NCBI RefSeq assembly: GCF_040938485.1
Contig: NW_027271148.1
Coordinates: 124,001 to 188,000 of the forward strand
Direction of reading: 5' to 3'
DNA: 64,000 nt
Source of the DNA: Diadema antillarum
Taxonomy: Eukaryota
Shown here piece by piece: positions 28,847-43,261 of this stretch. The position numbers and the translations under genes were made by a program. The notes below the pieces were generated by a model. That model was not told the origin of the DNA, made no database searches, and was given only the letters and a program-made list of their open reading frames with translations. How positions within the stretch are numbered: the stretch's first letter is position 1; each line of letters opens with the position of its first letter.

Positions 28847-30852
28847 TAATAAAGCAGCTTCTTACAATCGATTAATCAATGAATCTTGAATAAACCAACA
28901 TTCTTTATTTTACCATAATATGACATTATTGACATTAACACTATATTTGTAAGGAATAAGATTACCACATCTTCACATAACAACAATTCATGTCCATGCA
29001 TCGTTCTTGAATTTTCGTTATAATTGTTTATTCTTTGCTTGTATTTGACAATCCAAATGTGGGACTTGGAATAACCTACCAGGATAACTTTTATTTTTCT
29101 CATTGGAAGAATGAATGTTTTCAATGCCTTTTAAGTTCAATTGTCAGCCTGCAAGGTATAGGAGTGAAGACTTAATTTCCCAGTACTCCTAATGTGCAAA
29201 CAGGAAATGATAGAGGAGATAGTGGTGTTTGCGTATGCCTGAAAGGAGAAATTTTAATTGGACAAATAGATCTCGCGTAAACTTTAATGAACTACATCCA
29301 CGAACAACCATATCACACCGAATTGGTGTCACTTAACAGCCTCAACTTGCCGCGTAAGTGATTCATCTCCTTCAGTTGTTTATTGTTGAGGAGGGAGAAG
29401 ATATTTTTCAATCTTTCAGTAATGTTTCAGTCTTTAACAGGGTTCATTAATACCTTTTCCGAGAGTGGTATTCATCATTTAATCGACTTGTGTCCAATGG
29501 CACATTCAAATTTACATGATGTCAAATAAGATTAACACAATCTAGAAAATGAGAATATGATGAACTGAAAATTCCTTGTTTGTATTTGAACCTTTTGTAT
29601 GCCCTGAAGGTAGAAGTTTTTGAACACGTTCCATATTTCCTAGTTTCTGTCTTTATGAAGTTGTTCATGCAAATAACTTAATATTTCCCTTTCTTTTTTT
29701 TTCAAATTTGATTGTCGTAGTTAACTAGTACCAGATCCTCATTGACCGCTTTATAAAATTTAAACAATTAAGGCCCTCCTTTGCATATAATTGGAGATGA
29801 CTAAGAAAGGGGGGGGGGGGGTAGAGAGTCTCAGAGTTGAGGTGTATTGCTAGATGTATAGCAATTTTGCGTACAGACATAATAGATTGACCAAAGCTGA
29901 CCAAGGTTAAAAAAAAAACACTGTACAGTGTATCCTTGTCTTGTTTTTAAGTCGAGAGTACACCACAATGACATTGCTTTGGAATAACGGCGGACCGTTT
30001 CAAAAAGCGGACTAGTATCATGCGTCAAAGAAAATAACCAAACAACTCTCTTATTACGTCTTCTTCCACAGGTCATTTACCTCTGTTTGGCATTAGCGCG
30101 CCACTTCCGCAAACAGAACCTTGAATCAGATAGCAAACCTTTCACTTCACCAGGTTCATTTGCATTTCAAACGAAGCCGCTCTCATGTGTCTTTTTCCTC
30201 CCACATTGTTATGCAATCGTCGTCTTAAAGGCCTTCAATACTGCCTTCGTCGAAAAGCGAAAAGTCTAACTTCTGTGGATACATGGCAACGTGCGTCACC
30301 TCAAGTTTCGAAAGAGGAAATCACTTATTTTCTCTAATGTAGAATGTCTTTCAGATGTTCAAAGTAATTTGCAACTATACCTTTTTCCATTTTCTCTTGG
30401 AAGACTTTCGAGTACTTTTCTTGAACTCCAGAATCATACTGAATTAGTTCCTGCTGTATTATAGTTAGGATAAAGTTAAGCATACATGCTGGTTGCATGA
30501 AATTACAAGAACTTACCATATGAAAGGGAGTAGCTTTATTTCGCAAGGTGTAAAGGGAAACGTCCGAAGCCGAAAGCTAGGTTTGAAAGCTCATTATATT
30601 CTGGTCATTTCACTCGCTCAATTTGTGAGATTTGAGAGTTGAGGTCTTTCTTCCTTTTTTTAGTCATTAAAGGGAACTTGAAAGCGCCCAGTGAATTTGT
30701 AGAAATCAGTGAAAAGTCAAACAGAACACATTCCATTTTCATTGTTGAGGGCAAGTTAACTTGTTCTGAGATTTATTTAACAAAATTCCCATAGTCCAGT
30801 TTACCGATGATGATATAAGAATCTGTGGATATTTACCCCTCTGAGGGCCTGG

Positions 30853-31373
30853 TTACCTCCACAAAGGAGGTTATGTTTTTGCCGGCGTTCGTTTGATTAT
30901 TTGTCTGATAGTTTGTTTGCAAAATAACTCAAAAAGTAATGTATGGATTTGAATGAACTTTTCAAGAAATGTTGATAATGACACAAGGAACATAAGTACA
31001 GATGATTAAATTTTGGTAGTGATCCGATCACCGTCTAGATCCAGGATTTTATTTTATTTTTCAAGCGTGCTTTATCATTGGGAAATAGGACCACTTATGA
31101 ATAGCTATTAAACTAACAATGACATCAATTTGATGTTAAATGCTAAAGGTATGTTTTGATGCTCGAGGAATCTAATAAAGCAGACGATATGAATGTAGGA
31201 CTCTAATAAAGCAGACGATATGAATGTAGGAATCTAATAAAGCAGACGATATGAATGTAGGAATCTAATAAAGCAGACGATATGAATGTAGGACTAAGAT
31301 ATAGGGTTGGAATCACAATGATTGGAATGAGCTGCTCGTCGGAGGTCTGCGCTCTCCGAGTCCTTTTCTAGTT
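30853..31373 (+). mobile_element. Non-autonomous Helentron/HINE-like element
   Basis: 5' TTACCTCCACAAAGGAGGTTATGTTTT, subterminal inverted GGAGGT near the 3' end, 3' ...GCGCTCTCCGAGTCCTTTTCTAGTT, and an internal tandem array. Family assignment is from recalled structure only. Confidence 0.55.
31167..31295. repeat. 31-bp tandem repeat, 4 copies (GGAATCTAATAAAGCAGACGATATGAATGTA)
   Basis: Direct reading; copies differ at about 1 position. Confidence 0.96.
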
Positions 31374-31416
31374 AAATTCGTCCCAAACTTCTGTACCTAT
31401 ATTCAATACATTTATT

Positions 31417-31490
31417 GGCACAGTGGCGTAGTGGATAAGGCTCGGGATGTATAAACAGGTTTGGGTTTTGAGTCCTTCCCTGCACGTTTA
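31417..31490 (+). mobile_element. Degenerate tRNA-derived SINE head
   Basis: ggcacagtggcgtagtggataagg (A-box-like) followed by a decayed B-box. Confidence 0.35.
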
Positions 31491-31689
31491 CACTGTTCAA
31501 TTCTTAGAATTAAGTTTCCATGCACTTTTTTTGTTGCGATGACGGACAACTTTTCTAGCTTGAATGATATCAATAAAAAAATACGTCCTTATCATCAAAA
31601 TGATTGTGTCGACAAAAAACAGAAAAACGTGATTTGTACAATACATTCACGTGCAAACGAATATTTTACTTGTTTCGTTGTTTCGAAGG

Positions 31690-32010
31690 TTTGTAATTCC
31701 GAAAATTAAACAAAGTTTATAATTCCGAAAGTTCCTTAATCTGAAAACGAAATACGGTTCGTTCGCACCTTCTTCTCATTTTTGGATTAACGAACCTTCG
31801 GAATAACGAAATTCACTTCAATTTTTGATTAACGAACCATCGGAATAATGAACCTTGTTTCACTTTTGGAGTTACTTAGCTTCTGAATAACGCCACAAAA
31901 ATAATGTGTGTTCATTTTCGGATCAACGAACATCTAGGTATACGGAATCTGTGTGTTTCGGAATAACAAACCTTCGGAATAACGAACCTTATTTACATTT
32001 GGATTAACGA
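31690..32010. repeat. TTCGGAATAACGAACC short-unit degenerate array
   Basis: Multiple ggattaacgaacc and ttcggaataacgaa units. Confidence 0.65.
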
Positions 32011-33838
32011 GTAACAAATACCACCGGTCGTAAATTTCTTTCCACTGTTAGATCTTAATGAAAATTCTGTATTTCTTTTGGTACATCAAAGTCAGTTTGT
32101 AATTCACCTAAATGCACACCAATGTTCACAAATGATAGACAGATCACACGATATAGTGACTTGTAGAGATTTCAATGTTGAATTCAAGGCAATAAGCAAC
32201 CAAAAGGAAACAAAAACGTATTGTTCCGCAATATACCCCCATGTCAACATCTTTATCTTTATAGAATGCAGTGGAACTTCGTCCACTATCCTTTACTTTA
32301 GATTCTACAAACTATAACATACAATTGAGATATCCATAAAAACATTCAATCAAACTCGAGTGATTTCTTTTATCTAAAGCATTATGAAAATACCCATAGA
32401 TGACCTTTCATCTTTGTTGTTGGTTTAGTTACCAAAATAAAAGCTGTGATTCATAAAGTGATTTTAAAGGCTGACCAACACTGCTACACGTAAGCCCGGG
32501 TACTATACACTGTTTTCATATAACACGTAACACACAGCACACATACATGTACACACACACCAACTCACACACACACACACACACACAAACCAGACGCACA
32601 CACGCAGGTGTTATGTTTACGAGATGGATATCACACGTGCAGTGTAAGGGGAGGGGTGTGGACCAAACTGTACAATGTGTCCCCAAAGTGAGAGAAAAAG
32701 GAAGCAATTTTCACCATGAATAAAATCTCAAGTGGCTACTTGAGCACTTCAGCAAACAATGTTTCTGAACGTAACTTTCTCAATCCTTTGGCCTCCCCAC
32801 CCCCATCCACCTCCATTTGTACAGCCAGCTTGGGCCACCACTGTTTTTTAATGGTTCCCTGTTGCATTTTACTTCTTTTTTTTTCCCCTTTCCTTTCTCA
32901 AAGTGTCTGAAATAATGATGTTTTAAACCCAAGCCTTGACATCTTTTAAAGAAATCTTTCTTATTTTTTTCTAAATGAGCACACTCGTTTTTCGAAATTT
33001 CCCCATTAATTCTTGACGTTTTTGCACAATGATAATTTGTGAAATGAACACATGGTAGTTTGAGTAAATGCAGTCATTTATTTAAACAGAACATTTGCGG
33101 TTGACAGTCGTTTGACAGACTCACTCTAAAAAATCAAGTTGATGCCCGGGGTTGATGTCGATAAGTATATACTCTGATTTTCACTGGTTTCAGGATGAAA
33201 TTAAGGAACAAGCTGGAGTATGTAGGCCCACCAAACAACTAAGATGAAATTGATAAGAATGTTATCTTTGAATAATACCTTTGGTTTGCGACATATCAAT
33301 GTCACAATTTATGTTCTTTCAAAACATCGTCGCAACAATCGGCAGAATGCTAGCTCTGATCGTGCAGCGGGTAACTGAACATTAAAAACATCATGTTTTG
33401 ACTGCGTAGAGATTGTCCGAAATCTACAAGCGTCAATGTTCTTTGTTCCCAGATTTTCACACCTCGAAACAAAGCGATGGCATAGTTCGAATGTCAGAAC
33501 TAACAAAGGTAGTTATTTTTAATCGACGAGAGTATTTTACATTCACTATTTCAAAGCACACCAAGACGAATCAATAGATAAATAGACGGATAGATGAACA
33601 ATGAATNNNNNNNNNNNNNNNNNNNNNNNNNNNNNNNNNNNNNNNNNNNNNNNNNNNNNNNNNNNNNNNNNNNNNNNNNNNNNNNNNNNNNNNNNNNNNN
33701 NNNNNNNNNNNNNNNNNNNNNNNNNNNNNNNNNNNNNNNNNNNNNNTCAGGGGGACGTCTTTAATACTGTGCCTTTACATAAATGAGATAGAGAAAACAG
33801 ATGAAAGAGAAAGAGGGAGAGAGAGAGATAAAGAGAGG

Positions 33839-33871
<33 letters not shown>

Positions 33872-34869
33872 GGATTGGCAGATGGACAGGCACAACTCAA
33901 ATAGAAATGATAGACAATGTCAGCATTCAAATCATTTCCAGAATCCGGTCGATAAATCAGCTGAACAATAATGTGTTCCATCTGCAGCTGGTTGTCCAAT
34001 GAAACTGACTGTCTATCACGGTATCGATTACTGGGAGCTCGAGATTTTATCATTATGTGGAGCTGCGCTCACCAATTTTTGTTTTCCTTCATGTTTTTCG
34101 TGACCTAAATAATTGTAGTGTAGAAAGGGAGTTAGGCTATATTCAAGACAATTGTCACTTGTGTGATTATAGCGGATATGTCACTACCATGCCGCTGTAC
34201 GTGGCTTTAGGGCGGGTTACTGAAATGATGGGATAACATCCAGTGAGTGGAATTGAAATCTAGTGACAATGACAAAGGATATCTTTAGATCTCACGTCAC
34301 TTTATAAGGCAATGAAGATAATCATTCATGCATTCGAATTCAAATAGATCAAAGAGGTAGGTCTTTGGATAGATAGACCAGTTTGCGCACAAGTCCTCAG
34401 CAGCACCAAGGGGCCCAGCCGGCGCAGCTTCCTTTTACGACCTGTCTGCGCAATTGTTAGAGAAGACATCATGCTACTATTTTATTTGTCGAGAATTTTG
34501 ACAAAAGTTTCGTCAGCTATATCAATAGCCTACCAAAGAGACTATTATGATGTGCGACAATCACAAAGCATTCATCTCGTCAGCTTGCAGCATTTCGTCT
34601 GACTTCCAGCAAAGAGCAACGCATGAACCCGACGAATTGGTCAGCAAAACTCACATTATTATCATTAATGACTTATCAAGATGAAAAGAGTAAAGTGTGA
34701 TGTCATTGGCATTTATCGGCGTGGAAACTGGTTCTGAACAACCACACCTGGACCGAATTAATTATCTGTGAATACCATTGTTGCTAACCATGCTCGCACC
34801 TGGTTCCAACCCAAGCTATAACAAAAGACTGTGACATCATCACTTTGGTACTCTGTAGTAGATATGATA

Positions 34870-34945
34870 GGCGCACAGTGGTACGTAGCTAATAAGGCTC
34901 TAGACTTTACAACAGCAGATCTTGGGTTCGAACCCCGTCCGACTC
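34870..34945 (+). mobile_element. Degenerate tRNA-derived SINE head (not a foldable tRNA)
   Basis: B-box GGTTCGAACCC at 34925-34935 with an upstream A-box-like segment. Confidence 0.45.
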
Positions 34946-35299
34946 GAATGTACGCGGCACGCTGATGGTTTTGTAATTGTTCAGAATGAATACAATTACA
35001 GTGATTAAGGTTTAATAGCTGCAGCAGAGCCCTTCAAAATGGTAGTGGTGTAGCACAAGGTGCTATCTTCGATGAATAATGCCTTCACCACCACCAATAT
35101 CATTTTCATTATTTTTTTTTCAATTTTATTGTAATTACCGTCAACATCGTCATCTTAGTGATTGTCAGAAATGTTAAAAGAAACTGCTAGTGATCAAAAC
35201 GCTTTCGTAAAATACAGCGAGAGCTAAAACACAGGAGAATAATGAAGGAGTTTAGTCGGGGTGGATGAGGGTGGGGTTTGTGGATTGAAGAGAAATGGA

Positions 35300-35600
35300 G
35301 GGGTCGGAATGACGGCTTGTCACACGTGCCTATTTTGGCGCCTGGGTCACTCTCCCCTGCACCTGTTCGCCGTCTAATTATCGTCTGACGTGAGCTAGGT
35401 GAAGAGACCGTGACAGAAGTCTCAGCCACAGCTTCCGGCTCAGAGCGCGCACTACGCACAAGCTTTGCCCCCTCTTTACACCTTCTTGAGTTCAAACACT
35501 TCCGGCGGAAAAGGGTGAAAGGGCTCCCTCCACGATTAATCTTTGGTTAACGTGATCCGTGGGATGAGTTCTCGGGGATGATTACGTGAGCGCAGGAATA
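35300..35600. promoter_or_regulatory. Candidate CpG-rich promoter with ETS and CRE-like motifs
   Basis: CACTTCCGG at 35497-35505, GCTTCCGG at 35431-35438, TGACGTGA at 35386-35393, and locally high CpG. Confidence 0.33.
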
Positions 35601-37117
35601 CAATCAATTTACGGATTGTTATCATGATGATTTAAGGAGTACTAACTGATTTACGATGCAAATGTTCTGATAAAGATAATTCCTAGGGTCAACTTAAAAA
35701 GAAAGGATTTAACCTACGCACAAGACGATAATCAAGTCATCAAATCCGAAAAATAAAAACATTTACAAGACACTCGAAATATTTCCTCTCTTGCATCATG
35801 TGTTTATAGTTACAAACGTGGATAATAAGCGCATAAGGAAAATTTAAGTAGATTAAAAAAATGATAAAGAAGTGACCTTGTTAGCATTATGTAGACAAGT
35901 AAGTAAAGGTTTGTACAATTTATAGCATTTTTTTTTCATTATCATTCTGAATTATTTCTAATGTCTATAACACATGTTTTGTTATTTTTTTGTTTTGTTT
36001 GTTTTTTTGTTTTTTTGAAATCGCAAGTTGTAAAAAATTGCAACCATCTTCATGCCCAGTTATACGTTAGTTCCCAGGATTCATTGAAATGGATTTAGAC
36101 TTATTTTTGCATAGATGCCCTCCAGGACAATAGCCTTGAGTGTATCCAAGTCCAAGAAATAGTTGCAAACAACAAAAACAAAGATAGCTTCATGACTGCA
36201 AAACTGAGCTTGTAGAGCCTTGCGTCAACGAGTTTTGCCTCGAAATGAGGTCTGGTTGAGCAACTGATCAGCGTAGATGGCGCTTGACCGATTTTACCTG
36301 TATTTCCGTTGCAATGTCGTTCATTGGTAACGATCATGGAAACATGGATGTAACATTACGCTCAGGCTGGATTGGGGGGGGGGGGGGGGTGCGCATTCCG
36401 ATGGCTTTGCTTCGCATGTATTCTATGTTCTGAATTAAAATGGATTTCCCCCCAATATTCATTTGTCAAACACATCTGTTCTTAATCTAATACATGTATG
36501 TGTCAGTGTTTACCCCCTCCCTCTCCCATCNNNNNNNNNNNNNNNNNNNNNNNNNNNNNNNNNNNNNNNNNNNNNNNNNNNNNNNNNNNNNNNNNNNNNN
36601 NNNNNNNNNNNNNNNNNNNNNNNNNNNNNNNNNNNNNNNNNNNNNNNNNNNNNNNNNNNNNNNNNNNNNNNNNNNNNNNNNNNNNNNNNNNNNNNNNNNN
36701 NNNNNNNNNNNNNNNNNNNNNNNNNNNNNNNNNNNNNNNNATATACGTCTGAAAACGAGGTATCTTAAGGGGAATTCGCTCCAAAGGGGAAATTTTTGAT
36801 TCCGCTTAATGCCTTATCAGTGATCAGGGGACTAAGGACTACTCCACAGTAGGAGACAGATGGCGTAGTGTGTGTAGATTAAAGACTGTACTATCATTAC
36901 CATTTAGGGGAGATTGTCAGCGATACCAAAAAAAAAAATGAAAAAAAAAATGGGTGTATATATTGGATGTGTGTAGAAAATGGGTCATTGGGGGAATGTA
37001 GGTACATCTGCTTTTTCTCCAAAAAAAGTTGTATCTTGTCATAAACATACAGAATTTAGTGGTATAAGATGCAGTTTGTGCTCTTGTCAATTCAATGTTT
37101 CATTGAGCCCATATTAA

Positions 37118-37686
37118 AGGACAAGTTCACCTTCATAAACATATGGATTGAGAAAATGCAACAATATTAGTAGAACACATCAGTGAAAGTTTGAGAAAAA
37201 TTGGACAATCGATGCAAAAGTTATGAATTTTTTAAATTTTTGTGTTGGAACCGCTGGATGAGGAGACTACTACAGCTTGTGAGTCATATGCGTACAACAG
37301 TATAAAGAAAATGTAAAAGAAAATTCAACATATTTTCACTTTTTTCGCATAATAAAAGAGCACTTGACTTGCCTCTTTCTAAAGGCAGGGGGAATAATAT
37401 TAACCATAACATTTGTCGGTAACGAGTCAGGGGAATGTGTACTTTTTTCAAAAGATGGAATTTTGTGAAATTCTCTTCATATTTTCCTTATATTGTTGTA
37501 CGCATGTGACATCTAAGTTATTCATACACTGCAGTAGTCTTCTCATCCAGCGGGTACTGTACAAAAACTTCAAAAATTCATAACTTTTGAACGGATTGTC
37601 TGATTTTCCTCAAACTTTCAATGATGTGTTCTACTAATATTGCTACATTCTCTCAATCCTTATGTTAATGAAGGTGAACTTGTCCT
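37118..37686. mobile_element. Kolobok-like MITE with long imperfect TIRs and TTAA duplication
   Basis: TTAA|AGGACAAGTTCACCTTCAT...ATGAAGGTGAACTTGTCCT|TTAA. Confidence 0.87.
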
Positions 37687-38841
37687 TTAATGCAAAATTT
37701 TTCAAAATAAGGCAATATTTGCATTTTTTGTGAATATTTTTATGCTTTTTATAAGAATTCCCCCCACAATAATTTATTCCACATTTCCCCTGATGGCTGG
37801 AAATAGCGTTTTGTTTATATATCTATCTATCTATCTATATATATATTTATAAACATGTATATATGAAAGATGCCTGCATAGCAACTTTTTCTATAGCAAC
37901 TTCCCATAGCAACATCCAATCAATCAGGAAGCAAGATTCTTGTCATTACCATGGCACTGGTCATTGCAGCAACAATTGCTATCATAGCAACTTTTTTGTT
38001 TTTGTTTTTGACGAAATGGGGTACAGAATAACCTCAACAGCAATAGCAACAACAAGAAACTACAAGGCAATGGACCTGTTGAACAGAATCATTCATTTAT
38101 TAACATGTCAAGATGAATAATCCAAATCAAAAACAAAATAAACATTCCTGCTTTGCACCCGTAAAAAGTCACATTGTCAATTCACGTTTTACAGTGTGTG
38201 CAAAAAATTCGGCACAGATAAAAAGTCGACTTAAATTGGCAAATAGAAGAGAAATACAAAATAATTTCATTAATTTGTATAAGCTGGGATGATAAATGAA
38301 TGTAATGAACACCAAAACAAAAGTAAGAGAGTCTATGCTGTAAGCCTAATCTAACTCCATTCTCAATAGCAAAGAAAAATTCACGTATCACTACCTACAG
38401 TTCTACTGCACTGAAGTATGATATTATATCAACACACAACAGGTGTATGTGTATGATACGAATATCCTGTGTATAATGGTATAACAAACTAAGTCAAATG
38501 CTGAAAAGTTTTCCCATTCTGCTTTGACTTTGAAAAGGCTGCAAAACAGACAAAGAGCAGATTTCTTCGGGCCATCAATTTCACTTTTTTCTTTTGTTAA
38601 GCTCTTGCCATAAAAATCACTATAATCCTAATCAGCAAGGTAGAAATCTTGCCATTTCATCTCGGGTGGCACGCATTACAATAGTTTATGAATACAAAAT
38701 GAACGATATTAACTGTACACTATGCTGCTTCCCTTGAGGGTAAAAACTCTAGTACTTAAGGCAGTCAACTGAAAATGCCAAACAGCATCAACAAATGAAT
38801 TCAGAGAGTAAACTACTTTATCTACACTTTGTAGACATTAA

Positions 38842-39223
38842 AGGGATAGTACAGTATTGGTGGAGATGAGAATTGGGCATTTGACTTTTTACAAGATACC
38901 AAGAAAACACGTATGAAATAGTACAGAGCATACCATTCTAAGAGGAATTCAAAGTTTATCTGATGAAAATCGGGCTTGGAATGACTGAAACATCCAAAAA
39001 CAAAGTAAAACAAAGCGATTGTAAAAATGTGTGGGTCCCACACTTTAGTAGAATCGCCCTGTTTTGGATATCTCAGCCATTTCAAAACCAATTTTCATCA
39101 AATAAACTTTGAATTCCTCATGGAATTGCATGCTCTTTCATATTTCACAAGAGGTTTCTCATTATCTCACCAAAAAATGTTAGAAACCTGAAATTAGGTC
39201 TCAACCAAAACTGTACGATCTCT
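38842..39223. mobile_element. Kolobok-like MITE (TTAA), same family as 48065-48454 in opposite orientation
   Basis: TTAA|AGGGATAGTACAGT...ACTGTACGATCTCT|TTAA; the interior aligns to the reverse complement of the 48-kb copy. Confidence 0.8.
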
Positions 39224-40534
39224 TTAACATCCTTCTTACTGCATGATGCAGGGCACAGTCTATGGTTTCTTCACTTGTTTTTCCTTATCATTCAGTAGAT
39301 GATATCTCTTATAAAAGAATGTTTCTGTTCTAGATGTCTTATTATCTCCAACTGATGCATTTTTTTTTGTTCTGAACATATGTATACCAAAAGTTTGAAC
39401 AAGTAAATTTCATTGTATATTGAAACATCATCATAATTATATGGATGTTATGTTTTGCTTATTTGTTTAAGAAAACTGTGATGAAATGATCCATCAACCC
39501 CACCCCCCAAAAAAGAAACAAACTAAATGCCTCATTAGTTTACTATGTCAGAGGGCCTTCATGGAAACCTATGCAAAGTGAAATGGTTGAAATTCTCTTC
39601 CCACCCCCCCCCCAAAAAAAAATGGTTAGGGACATCCAACTTTAACAGGATATTCTGCAAGAATTGGCAACCTGTAAACAAGGAATGAGATCTAAAACCT
39701 AATCTAATAAAATAATGTAAATCAACTAGAAGTCAAAATAACAGCAGTTACATGGACAACTAATATGCTCACAGCTGGTTGGTTGTTTAGTAACCATTGC
39801 CATTAGTAACTGCAATTACCACAGGTAGCAAAACAGCATAAAGTGATTTCTGAAGCAGTATCATGAGTTTCGTACATTTTCTTGTTAGACCGAGACAATG
39901 CAGCCCACTTTTGAGCTAACTCTCTGATATGATTGCATCAAAAATACACTTTGAAGTTTGCTTCACTGAGTTCGAGGAAGAATCTTGTAGTGGAGAAAAG
40001 ATGAACAATTGAAAATGAGATGCGAAATTAGCTTTGAAAAATATATGAAATGTCCCATGACAGATAATCATAATACTATGATCAGTTCATTGCACACACA
40101 TGTAAAAAAAACAAAAGGATGTTTCTTCATCCATTGAATGTAGTCATTTTCCTTTTTTTATGAACAGGAAATCGGCCTTGTATCTTTCAGGCCATCAATA
40201 ATATTGTATAAAGGTATGTACATAGAGTCAACAGCAGTTCTTCAAGCAATTCAAAGATTATATAAAGCAGACAAACCATCTATCTACACAATATGGAAAG
40301 GAAACGTCTTTCAAGTTTCTGTACAATGTACAAATCCTCTTTAGAATATTATTTCCACATCAGCAGGCATTTAGACTGAAATGCTGCATCATCTTTAGTC
40401 ACTGCAAATTCTTATCACGATAAAATTTAAACTGCTGCACAGCTTTTTATGAGTGGGACTGCACTTGCCCAATTCTCATTCCACAAGTCCAAAGTGTCAC
40501 ACAAAAAGACATCCCTCAGGTGCCCAGTATTGGC

Positions 40535-40718
40535 AAGTTAGACCATTTGGTCATTAGACGAAATGATAAGTAGCCAAACTGGGCATTGGACCAAGTGAAA
40601 AGTAGACCAAACAGGCATTAGACAAAATTGATGGTAGACCAAGTGAGTTTAGCCATAGTGGTGTTGGACAAACTGGGAAGTAAACCATCTGATAGCAGGC
40701 CAAGTGGCAATAAACCAA
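40535..40718. repeat. Degenerate ~15-bp tandem array (TAGACCAA... units)
   Basis: Recurrent tagacc/tggacc + aagtg/aaatg units. Confidence 0.6.
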
Positions 40719-41164
40719 GGGGACATGTAACAAATCTTTATGTTGTTGTTGTTGTTGAATAATTACCATACTAGCTGCAGTACTGACCACAAAAGTGCAC
40801 TAACTGCACGCTGGTTTCTGGATAATTTATTAAAAAACCAACTTCAAAACACTACAAACACACACAAAAACCATATTAAAAAAAAGTTGTGTTCGTGGTA
40901 CAATGTATCTTTAAATTTGAAGGTCTTATTGTTGTTACATTCAGTATTACCCGAGTGTTAGTTATCGTGGCTGTAAGCAGGTGCACCATGACGTGCTCAG
41001 GAGCTCTGCAGAAATTAATAAGTGACTTACCATATTTTTTCTCTAAAATTTGGAGCTGCCATTCAATATACCGAATAGCATTTTCCAGAATACCAGCTTT
41101 TTGCACTTTCTACTACCCTTAAAAGTACTATTAGGATGATCTCCTGTAGATACAGACTGTTTTT

Positions 41165-41648
41165 AAGTGGTAATATGTAACCTTTGACCATTGATCTTTG
41201 ACCTCATGGCCCAAAACTTCATTATCAGGCAATACACATATTTGTACTGTGTGTATGTACTGAGCCATTTCTGAGATATGGAGAAAAATGTAGAATTTGA
41301 GCATTTTCACTTGACCTTTGACCTGCAATCCCCTGTTGTACACTTTTTTCTAGAGAATCTTTATCTGGTAACACATGTATGAACTAAGTTTCATCAGAAT
41401 ACCTTCAGGCACTGGAGAGATATTGGAGAAATCATGACATTGTATTAATTTGACCCTGACCTATGACCTTTGGCAATGAGAGTGTGTGCCCACAAATGGA
41501 TAGGTGCAGCTTCATGCAATCATACATACATGTGTCAAGTTTACTTGGATACCTTAAATTGTTCTTAAAAGTTATGCTGTTCATGGATGGACGGACAATC
41601 CAAAAACATAATGCCTCCGCTGGCATTTTGTGGTGGAGGTATGAAAAA
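41165..41648 (+). mobile_element. TGACCTTTGACC-containing repeat, probably a non-autonomous Helentron-type element
   Basis: Several tgacctttgacc motifs and a terminal hairpin ATGCCTCCGC...GTGGAGGTAT before an A-run. Confidence 0.5.
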
Positions 41649-43261
41649 GAAAAATGACATTACAACATTGTAAGCCTGAATGGAAAGAATAAGTGAAACC
41701 AAGCAATCAGCATTGAGAAGACACCCTCAGTACTTACAATGAATGCATGGTTAATCTGCAAATTTCAAGGTATATCAAATGAGCTCATTGGGTCAAAAAT
41801 CAGCGGAGTGACATCAACTGACATATACAGCTAAAAACTGGGGAGACCTGCCAAAACAGGACTTCAACTTTGTGAAAACTATTTAACATCAAACTTACAA
41901 ATGTAATCTGAGAAATATTGTATCTAAAATATGGTATCTAAAAGTACTTTGCTCAGCCACCACTAAAGCTACATGAGCTTTATTTGAAATGAAAAAATAC
42001 CAAGAAATCATATATATATCTACAAAGATGATTTATTAGTGACTGAGTTGCAAGACAAAACAAGTACCAGTATACACCTTGAAAAATAAACAGCATCATC
42101 AACAGAAAAAAAGAGTAAATCTCACTGCCCTTGCAGTATTTTCTGCAGTGCTTGTTACTGCACATGATATCTCCATGGACTTGAAGAATGCAAATTGTTT
42201 GAAAAACCTAGATTCCATTGAACCCAACTCTTAATTCCTTGTTTGATTACTAGTAGTTTTGAAGCTGCAGAAAGAATTAAATAGTCCGATATGGCTGGCT
42301 CACTCTTGAAAGGATGAATGCTGATGAACAGCAAACCCTCCCCCCCCCCCCCAAAAAAAGGAGGGGATTGGTGGATAAACTTGTTGTCATACAGACCTTC
42401 TACATGATATTAATCTCTGATAGTATAATTTGTCTCTACTGAAGACAGGTGTCTGTATATGAATAAATTCATTTTCCTTTGTTTGATACTATCAATATCA
42501 TCTTTGGAAATTATCATAGGTAGAAAGGATGAAATGTAATCGCCAAGCTTTCTTCATAACCTTTGAATTATAGCCGGGTGTACAATGTAATAAGCTGTAG
42601 GGGGAAAAAAAATCATTCATTGCTTTTACAAATTCAGAAAATTTGGTTTGACATTGGTCGAATCATGCCCTTGCCCAAAATGCTTTGAGACTGAATTTGT
42701 TTTTGTTTCTACTAGTATATTCCCCTATGGCAATGACGGGCATAGCATCTAACATGGAAAACGGGCAAGGCAACATCTACAATGTACTTTTAACCCCTCC
42801 CCAACACCACCAACTGTGTGTAATCTGAAAAGTGAGTATAAAACCCCGGTTAATTTTCTATCAGCTGCACAATGTTCATTTTGTTTTAAAAGTCGATACG
42901 CATTAATTGTTCTAGAATGGAAGTATTAACTAAGGTTGGATGGGAAGGAGAAGGGAAAAGGGTAGTCCATATTCCCCAATAGCACCTCTTCACCCACTCC
43001 ATGCTGAATTCTGAAATCCCCATAGACTTTAATTACACAGGCCACCAGGTTCCCGTATGGAATGGGTTAAATGGAGGGACCTTGAAACAGAGGTTCTGAT
43101 GGTGTCCTCATACACTGTAGTTTGCTACTGGTCCTGCTGGATTGATGTCACTGGTGTAGAAAGACTGAGGTTGTCTCAATCCAAGAATACTGGTGGGTGG
43201 TTCAGAAGGGGGGGGGGGGGGGGGGGGGGGAAGGGGGGAAAGGGCAAAGTAGAAATACATG

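Noticed and set aside
31167-31295. Regular repeat array as CRISPR-like
   Set aside because: The units are head-to-tail with no unique spacers, there are no cas genes, and the context is eukaryotic.
34870-34945. Possible tRNA gene
   Set aside because: It has a B-box but no coherent cloverleaf; treated as a SINE head.
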